Shown here: piece after piece, positions 18,351-26,193 of the stretch
How the letters are laid out: each line of letters starts with the position of its first letter
Position numbering within the stretch: the first letter of the stretch is position 1
DNA from: Prasinococcaceae sp. CCMP 1430
Lineage: Eukaryota > Plantae > Prasinodermophyta
Direction of reading: 5' to 3'
Length of the DNA: 26,193 nucleotides
Assembly: GCA_013416795.1 (NCBI GenBank)
Contig: RQSC01000003.1
Span: forward strand, 269,624 to 295,816
Notes under the pieces: model-generated
The model's database searches: none
What the model was told of the DNA's origin: nothing
What the model saw: only the letters and a program-made list of their open reading frames with translations
Translations under genes and position numbers: made by a program

Positions 18351-21300
18351 ATGGTGGACTCGCCGTACACGCCGGGCGCCCAAGGTGAGGCGCTGTCGCT
18401 GCTTTGCTGCGGCCGCGGCTGCGCGGAGGGCACACACACCGCCGCAAGCGCGTGTGCGCGCGAAAAAAGTGCATGCTCTTTGTCGTTGCGATCACTTGAA
18501 ATCAGTCGCTTGCTCACCCCCCGCACACGCCCGGCGATGGCGGCGGCGGTAGGATGTGTGGGGAAGTGAGCACGCGAGACGTGCCGATCCGAGCTGGCTG
18601 GGCAGGCGCCGCACGCGCGTGCTTGCGGTGGTGGCAGCGGTGCGCCCTGGCGGCGAGTTTTTGGTCTTTTGTTCGTGCGAGGCACGATGCGGCTCGGCGA
18701 GCCCCTGGTGCGGTGAGATCTATCGCCTTGCGAGACGCCGTCGCGCCGTGGCTGACGCGTCTCTCGGCGCGTGCGCGTTTGTGCCACACGAAGTGCAAGC
18801 GCCGCCGGTGGCGACGGTGGTCCAGGAAGGCATCGATAGCGGTAATGACCAGGCGCCGGTGATTGCCACGACGACGGGCAAGGCGTCTTGCCTGGAGGGC
18901 AAGTACCAGTGGCGGATCACCAACCTGAGCCAATTGCCCGACAACAAGGTCACGAGCAAGACGTTTATAATCGGCGACTTCAAGTGGAAGCTGCTCGTGT
19001 TCCCGCGTGGGAACAACATGTCAAACGCGGACTTCATGTCGGTCTTTCTCGACGTGACCGACGCATTGGAGCTGCCCCACACCTGGTCGCGCGGCGCCAA
19101 GTTCACGCTGAGGCTCGTCAACCAGCGGAACCCCGAGCAGTCGCTCGTGAAGGATACGAGCCACAACTTCACGCGGCTGGAGCGCGACTGGGGGTTCGCG
19201 CAGTTCGTGCGCCTGGATGAGGTGCGAGACCCTGCGAAGGGCTTCATGGTGAACGACTCAATCGTGCTGGAATGCGACGTGGGCATGTTCAAGGAGATCA
19301 CGTGGTGGAACTACGACAGCAAGAAGGAAACAGGCTACGTGGGGCTGAAGAATCAAGGCGCCACATGCTACATGAACAGCCTGCTGCAGTTCCTCTTCCA
19401 CATCCCTTTCTTCCGCCAGGCCGTGTACGGCCTACCGACCACGGAGGCGGACGAGCCCGCGAAGAGCATCCCCCTTGCGATGCAGATCCTGTTCTACAAG
19501 CTACAATTTGACAACAAGCCGGTGGGTACCAAGGAGCTGACCAAGTCGTTCGGCTGGGACTCATTCGAGGCCTTCCAGCAGCACGACGTACAGGAGCTCA
19601 ACCGCGTGCTGTGCGAGAACCTCGAGGAGAAAATGAAGAAGACAGACGTCGAGGGAACCATCCAAAAGCTCTTCGAGGGCCACATGGTCAACTACATTGA
19701 GTGTGTGAATGTCGACTTCAAGAGCACGCGCAAGGAAGAGTTTCTGGACCTGCAGCTGCAGGTGAAGGATTGCAAGGACGTGTACGAGTCGTTCGACAAG
19801 TACTGCGAGGTTGAAACGCTGGACGGGGACAACTTGTACGAAGCCGAGGGCCACGGGAAGCAGCCCGCGCGCAAGGGCGTGCTCTTCCAAGACTTTCCGC
19901 CTGTGCTGCAGCTGCAGCTCAAGCGCTTCGAGTACGACATGATGCGCGACATGATGGTGAAGATCAACGACCGCTACGAGTTTCCGCTCGTGCTTGACCT
20001 CGGCAAGAATGGCAAGTACATGACATCCGACGCAGACCTTTCGAAGCCCGCTCGGTATCTGTTGCACTCGGTCCTCGTCCACTCCGGGGGTGTTCACGGT
20101 GGCCACTACTACTCCTTTGTGCGTCCCGACTGCGGCGTCGAAGGGCTTGTGACGTCGAACGCGGGCGAATCGGGGCAGTGGTACAAGTTCGACGACGACC
20201 GAGTGACCAAGGAGGACGAACACGAAGCGACGGAGTTGCAGTTTGGTGGCGACGGCACGGCGCCCGCGCCGCCCCCGACTCAGGGCTTCAACCCGCCCCT
20301 TTTCTCCAAGCTGAGCAAGTACTCGAATGCCTACATGCTCGTGTACGTGCGTGAGTGCGACGTCAAGAGCGTGCTGTGCCCTGTGACCAAGCAGGACATT
20401 GCCCAGCACCTGCACGAGCGCGTGGAGCGAGAGGCGGCGGAGAAGGCGCGGCGGAAGAAGGAGCTGGAAGAGGCGCACATGTACACGCAGGTCAAGGTAG
20501 CCAGGGACGAGGACATGCGCGCACAGATCGGGAAGACGGAGAACATCCTCTTCGATCTGATAGACTATGAGAAAATCCCGGCGCGGCGCGTGCTCAACAC
20601 CACGACGCTCGCCCAGCTCAAGGAGGAGCTCGCGCAGGAATATGGCGTGCCGGCGACGGGCCTGAGGTTTTGGCTGTGGGCCAAGCGCGTGAACAAGAGC
20701 TGCCGCCCATCCAGATCTCTGGCGGACACGGAGCTGCAGACGCCCATGGACGAGCTCCACAAGGCGCTTGGCATGAAGGGGGGGGCGCTTGAGTTACTCG
20801 TCGAGACGCCGCAGCCACCGCTAACGTCGCTCCCGGTCGTTGCCAAGGGCGACATGCTGCTCTTCTTCAAGTTTTTCGACCCCGTCACCGCGACCATCAG
20901 CTTCGCAGGCTACATGTACTGCAACAACGGCGCGCAGCTCATGGACTACTGCACGAGGATGCGTGCCATGGTCGGCCTACCGGCCAATGAGGAGCTCCTA
21001 GCGTTCGAGGAGATCAAGTATGCTCCGGACCTGATGTGCGAGCCAGTGGACATGCGGCTGCAGCTCAGTGCTGCGCAGCTCGAGGACGGCGACATTATCG
21101 TCTTCCAGTCCTGGCGCGCCGGTAGGGGCCAGCCCTTTGAAACCGCGCTTAGCTTCCTCGAGTACCGCCTCCAGAGGCAGACGGTGGTCTTCCGCCCACT
21201 CGACAAGCCCGTGGATGACGACGCAGCCATCGAGGTGGAGCTCAGTCGCGAGTCTAACTACGACGACGTTACCGCGGCGCTCGGTGAGAAGCTGGGGGTG

Positions 21301-22152
21301 GACGACCCGACGCACTTGCGGCTGACGGCGCACAATGTACGTATGAATGGCCCGCGGCCCGGCCCCCTTCGCTTCCGCCAGATCGTGGCCGTCGGCAACA
21401 TGGTAGGTACACCCACCATCGATGAGCTGAAGGCAGCGTCGTACGAGCCGGTCACGCTGTACTACGAGCGGCTGTCGATGCCACTCCACGAGCTGGAGAC
21501 GCTCAAGACTCTCAAGGTTGATTTGTACAGCGCCGACTGCAAGTATGTGTCGACGCACACGATTCACGTGCCGCCGAGCGCGCCCGTGGCCGCGGCGCTG
21601 GCGGAGGTGGCCAAAGCGGCATCGCGTCCACCCGATGCGCCCCCACTTCGCCTGGTGCATGTGCACCATTCCAAGATCTTCAACGCTTTTGAGGCCGGCC
21701 AAGAGCTGTCCCATGTCGACTCGAACGCATACCTGCGCGCCGAGGAAGTGCCGGAGGATGATGCGGGGGCGCCGTCGCTGCTCTACGTTTACCATGTTGA
21801 GGAAGGCTCCTTGGAACAACCTGCGCACACCACACACTTCGGTGAACCCATGCTCGTCGGGTTGCATGATGGGGAGACGGTTGCGAGCGTGAAGGCCCGC
21901 ATCCAGAGGCGCCTCAGTGTCAGCGATGAGGACTTCGCCAAGTGGAAGTTCCATGGCTTCTGCGGCGGGCAGGGGTCGCCTCTGCGGGACGGGGACGTGG
22001 TTGCCGACAAGATCCACGCCATGAACCGCAACCCGACGTCGATGTACGATACATACCTGGGGGTAGAGCACGCCAACACCGGGCCGCGTCGCCCGGTGGG
22101 GGCGAGCCGGCCAGCGACGGGCTTCGAACGCTCAATCAAGATCTCAGGCTGA
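18351..22152 (+). CDS. UBP12: MATH-domain ubiquitin-specific protease UBP12/13 (USP7 orthologue), join(18351..18384,18794..22152), ~1130 aa; a further upstream coding exon is possible (acceptor at 18341)
   Basis: MATH domain (FIIGDFKWKLLVFPRGN, DWGFAQF), Cys box GLKNQGATCYMNSLLQ (Cys at 19366), QHDVQE, His box HSGGVHGGHYYSF, WYKFDD, SNAYMLVY, UBL tail and C-terminal LGVEH...ERSIKI. Intron CAAG|GTGAGG(18385)...GCTGAC(18751)...GAAG|(18793). Confidence 0.95.
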
Positions 22153-22476
22153 GCTAGCTGCTCCACCTTTGAGCTTGCTGGCGTGTGCGGCAGGCGTCCG
22201 CTGAGGCGGCAAGGGCCGTGGCACGGGGTACATTCACTTCTTGCCTTGCCACCGGAACGCCTGACGGCGCAAGCGCGCGTAAGCGGAGCAAGCGCGTGCG
22301 GCACACTTTTAATTATGAGAACTGGATGGGCCAGCGTGTCTCTCGGCCGTCACTACTTGGCTACGTTACCGGTTTGAAACGCACCACGGCGCTTTGTGCA
22401 CACGTCGCTCGCACGTGTCGCAGCCCATCATGGCGCGGCGCGTGCCTCAGGGCCGAGGCGACCCTCCCCCTGTCCC

Positions 22477-24987
22477 TTACAGCGGGCACGTGCCCAGGGG
22501 CTCACCGTCCTCCGCGAGCCACATGTCGTCGAAGAGCTCGTCTCGCACGGCATCGCCGGCGCAGTCGTAGCCCAGTGCACGCTTGCGGAAGCCGCGCAGA
22601 GCGCGCTCCTCGTCCGAGCTGAGCGCCATGTCCTGCGCCTTTTCCGTGAGGAGCGTGTCTGCGAGGTAGTGCATCCACATTGCATTCGTGCGCAGGTTGG
22701 AGCTCTCCCAGCGCTTGCGCAGCACCTTGCGCATGCGGCGGTACGTGTCGAATTGGCACACGCCAGCCGTGCCCATGAAGATCTCGGGATCCTCCTCGAG
22801 GTTGCAGAAAAGTACCCGCCCATTCGCCTCAAGTCGGGACAGCGTGAAGTCGATGAGCTGCATGTGTAGGCCACCTGTCTTGCAGCGCGCGGTACGCCCA
22901 CCCATGGTGAACTCGAAGGGCTTCGGCGCCGCCGCCTGCTCAGTGCTGGTGAGAGTCTTCTTGGGCTGCTTGGAGCGGCCACGCGGGTTGCCGGGGCGGG
23001 AGAGCAACACGTTGCCCCAGTGCAGGTCGCGATGCTCGAAGGCGAACGCCTCTTCGGCAGCACCAAGCGCACCCGCAATCTGCAGCAGCATGCCACGCGC
23101 CTCGTCAAAGGAGCGCAATTCAAAGCCCTCCAGGTCGCGGCCGCCGTCCGCAAAGGCGAAGACAATGTACAGCTGGTCGGGCGGAAACTCCCCCGGGCGG
23201 TCGTTCTCCGATTCCTGCAGAGGCGCGCGAGAGGGCAGGAGCGGGGCAGCGGGCGCGCGAGCGAGGCAATGGGTGAGGGGGAGAACTCGTCAGGGCGCGC
23301 AGGATGGTATACGCCCGGGCACTCACGCTCACAGACATGCCGAACGGACATGCGCCGGCGAAGCATCATGAGTGCGCACCTTCTTCTCGTCGAACTCGTC
23401 CCAGGCGGCGAGCAGCGCGGGTGAGTACTCTCCCTTGCACACGCCCACCGCGTGGCAGTGGATGAAACCGCTGGTGGCGGGGGGTGGCGCATCCACGGGC
23501 GTGTCGTCGCCGCGCGGCCCTCCAGCGCGCAGCGAGCTAAGCTCGTACGCGATCATTGCCTCGCCGAGCACCTCGTCGGCGCCCTTCTGGTGCTCTCCGT
23601 TGACCACCAGGTCGCCCTCTATGGGCATCACCTTGTACACGTGCTCTGCGCTCTTGAAAGCCTCGCCGAAGGTGCCCTCGCCGATCTTGATCACCCTGCT
23701 TCCCTTCGCGCGAGCGACCACGAAATCATCGAGCGTGGGCAGCGCGGACTCGTCCTGCTTGCACAGATGCAGCAGCTGCTGCAGCGGCGTCGCGTCCTCG
23801 GGCAGCGCGCTCACCTCCTCAGCCGCAATGTCGGTGTCCTCGCGGGTCTCTGCAGATGCGGGCACCTCGGCAATGCTCGCAATGTCCGACACATCTGCGA
23901 TCAGCGTGCTGCTCTGCTCGACCTCTTCGGCGAGCTCAGGCAGCGCAGGCACTGTGGAAAGCCTTCCAGGGAGCGGCGCTAGCGATGCGCGGCCCAATGA
24001 ACCCAGCGGGAGTGGTGCTGCGATCGACGAGCGGCGAGCCACGCCCGCGCCGACGGACGACCAGCGCGCGCCCGCGTGCAGCGGCGGCGGTGCGGCGACG
24101 CTGCTGCGCCTGTGCGCCACGCTAGAGCGCCGCCCGTGGTGCGACTTGCGCACGCGTGTGTGCGCCTCGCGCTCGCACGGAGCTTCCTCGTCCTGCCCCG
24201 CGATGGCAGGCTCGGCGGGCTCGGCGATGGACGCCCCCTGCAAACCTTCGCGTCCGGTCTCCGCCGCAGCGGCGGCAGCCGAGTCGCGCGCATCAGGCTC
24301 GATCTGCTCGTCACCAGTGCGCACCAGCGCTGTGTGGCCGTCCTCCACGACCTCTTTGTTCTGCTCGGGCGCGTCAGCTTCGGACTCGAGTGGCTCCTCC
24401 ACGGCGAGCTCGGCGATCTCATCCGCGAGCTCTGCCACCGTCGCCGTGTCATTGGCCTCCAGGATGGCCTCCAGCCCGCCGCGCGCGGGGGGCGGCGCCG
24501 ACCGAGCCGCTGGCGCGGCCTGCGTGGGCTCATCTCCTTCACTATCGCAGGCATCGTAGTCACCGGCGTCTTCCTCGAGCTCGAACTCGTCCACTTCGGC
24601 GAAATGCGCGCGCTGTGCCTCGAATCTCTGCGCGTGCGTTCGCTCCCACTTGGCAAAGTCGAATTCCTTGGGGCCAGCACGCCTGCTTCCCGGCACGGCG
24701 GGCGCGATCAGGTCGCCGCGGGTGCTGTTCTCGTCCTCCAAAGCGGCTTCAGCGTCAGCCTCTGCCGCAGCGACGTCTGTGGCGCTCGCGGCCTCGCTGC
24801 CGGTGGAGGGCCGGCCGCGCGAGGACGCGCCAGAGACGCTCTCGCTGTCGTCGTCACCACTGTCGTCTTCGCGCGCGAGTTGCGCGCGCTTGAGGGCGGC
24901 GAGGCTCAGGCTCTTGCGCCTGTATCCGAGGGAGCGCCCGACAAAGACGGAGCTGCGGCGGCGGTCGGCATCGTCACTCCACACCAT
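22477..24987 (-). CDS. HASPIN: Haspin histone H3T3 kinase, join(complement 23380..24987, 22477..23214), ~781 aa; the true start may be further upstream
   Basis: KIGEGTFGEAF, VYKVMPIEG, SENDRP..FPPDQLYIVF...GGRDLE, FEHRDLHWGNVL, IDFTLSR (haspin DY/FT instead of DFG), QFDTYRRMR. Intron AAG|GTGCGC(23379)...CTGAC...CTGCAG|(23215), 165 nt, phase 0. Confidence 0.95.
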
Positions 24988-25296
24988 CTCCGCTGGAAAG
25001 CGCCGGCGCGCGTACGTGGCAGGCCCGCCGCGCGCCGCCGCCGCCTCGCCTGCGGCCACGCTGCCGTCCTGCGCACCGCGGCGCGCGGAGANGCCCCCTC
25101 CCTCCTGGCAGGCGTGGGCACGCGCGCGCGCTGTGGCCGCGGGCGCGCGCGCGCGCGCGCGCGCTCGAACTTGAACCTCCCCGCCATCACACCGCACTCG
25201 CTTTGTTTCTCGCGCGCGCCCCCGAACCTCAACCTCCCGCCGCCTCCGACCCCACCCCAACCAAACTCAAACTGACCTCTGCGAACGCCAGTACAG

Positions 25297-25304
25297 AAAC
25301 CCTA
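25297..25304 (+). promoter_or_regulatory. Telo-box AAACCCTA within an AACC-rich tract upstream of haspin
   Basis: Exact match, flanked by AACCAACCTC/AAACTCAAA and poly-T tracts at 25365-25376 and 25437-25445. Confidence 0.35.
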
Positions 25305-25590
25305 CATACGAACCAACCTCAAAGAGTCGGCCGGCGCGCCTCCTAACAACGCGCGGCGGGGACCTTTTTTTTTTTCCTGTGCGGAGGGGGAGTCTCTCCC
25401 GCGGGCGATTCCGCATGCGTTTTGACCTCCGTACCCTTTTTTTTCTCGCGCTCGCCGCGCGCGCCCGCGCGCGCCCGCCGCGCGCCGAACGTGACCCTAA
25501 AAATATCCCGGGCGGGCCCGGAGGCTTGATCGCGGCGCATTACATCATTTGTAATCCGAAATTACGCGATGCGCGTGTTTGGGTTACATT

Positions 25591-26098
25591 TTACGTAAAC
25601 CCTGATTGCACGTAGCCGTTGGCGCGCGCCTCGTCTGACTTTTCCTTCTGTGCCCAACCGGTTGCGCTCCGCAGGCGCGCGCACAGCAACCGCGCACACG
25701 CACGCACGCACACACAAACACACGCACGCGGTGTGCGAGAGGCAGCGTCGGGTGGTAGCGAGCGAGCGAGGGTGCCACAGCGCGCGCGCGCGCAGCAGGG
25801 CGGAGCGCGTGGCCGTGCCCGTCCACCCACCCACCCACCTGCCCACCACCACCACCACCACCACCACCACCACCACCACCTTGCGCCCTTGCCCCCTTGC
25901 CCCCTTGCCGGCAGCGGCCATGCCGCCGACGAGGCGCCGCGCGGCATGCGCACCGCGGCGCGCGGAGAGCGCCGTGGCGGCCGCTGTCCCCGCACGCACG
26001 GCGCGCGCGCGCGCGCCTGCCGCACCCCACTCGCGCTCAATCGCCTTGGCGGCCGTCGCCGCATCGCTACCCACGTTGGTCACGTCCCCCAGCGCCAT
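25591..26098 (-). CDS. Possible small spliced gene (MALGDVTN... plus terminal exon KEKSDEARANGYVQSGFT*); exon structure unresolved
   Basis: GGCATGGCG start at 26098, GCACAG| acceptor at 25648, coding-like codons in 25647..25594, TAA at 25593-25591, then two TGTAA signals (25588-25584 and 25545-25541). Confidence 0.3.
25843..25880. repeat. (CCA)12 trinucleotide microsatellite
   Basis: 12 perfect units plus CC. Confidence 0.95.
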
Positions 26099-26193
26099 GC
26101 CCGCCGCGCGCCGACGACGCCCGCGAGGGAGGTGGGGTCGGGGGGCGAGGGGAGGTGCAGCGGACCTGCGCGACCTGCGCACGCGTCCGCGGC

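Noticed and set aside
18556-18793. ORF-track N-terminus of UBP12 (MWGSEHARR...)
   Set aside because: It lies inside the predicted intron 18385-18793 (GTGAGG donor, GCTGAC branch site).

Overview
This is a eukaryotic, very GC-rich, gene-dense, intron-poor window with no mobile element, RNA gene or CRISPR that I can support. Plant-type orthologues, telo-box motifs and TGTAA poly(A)-like signals suggest a prasinophyte-grade green alga (inference). Nine well-supported genes alternate strand perfectly: acyl-CoA dehydrogenase (-), a ~1370-aa uncharacterised type I membrane protein with 7 disulfide beta-sandwich repeats (+), P1B Cu+-ATPase (-), Rab2/RabB1 (+), RRM-only PPIE/Cyp33-like protein (-), TMEM39-like protein (+), CNOT9/Rcd1 (-), UBP12/USP7 (+) and haspin kinase (-). 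There are weakly supported gene fragments at both ends and a 383-nt N gap. The most novel element is the 7-repeat surface protein, with a WIF-like Cys pattern, a Tyr/Trp/Asp-rich insert and a GTAC-rich promoter. Next are the cohesin-regulator-like motifs in the haspin N-terminus and a TMEM39 homologue. No database searches were run; family calls come from motif recognition.
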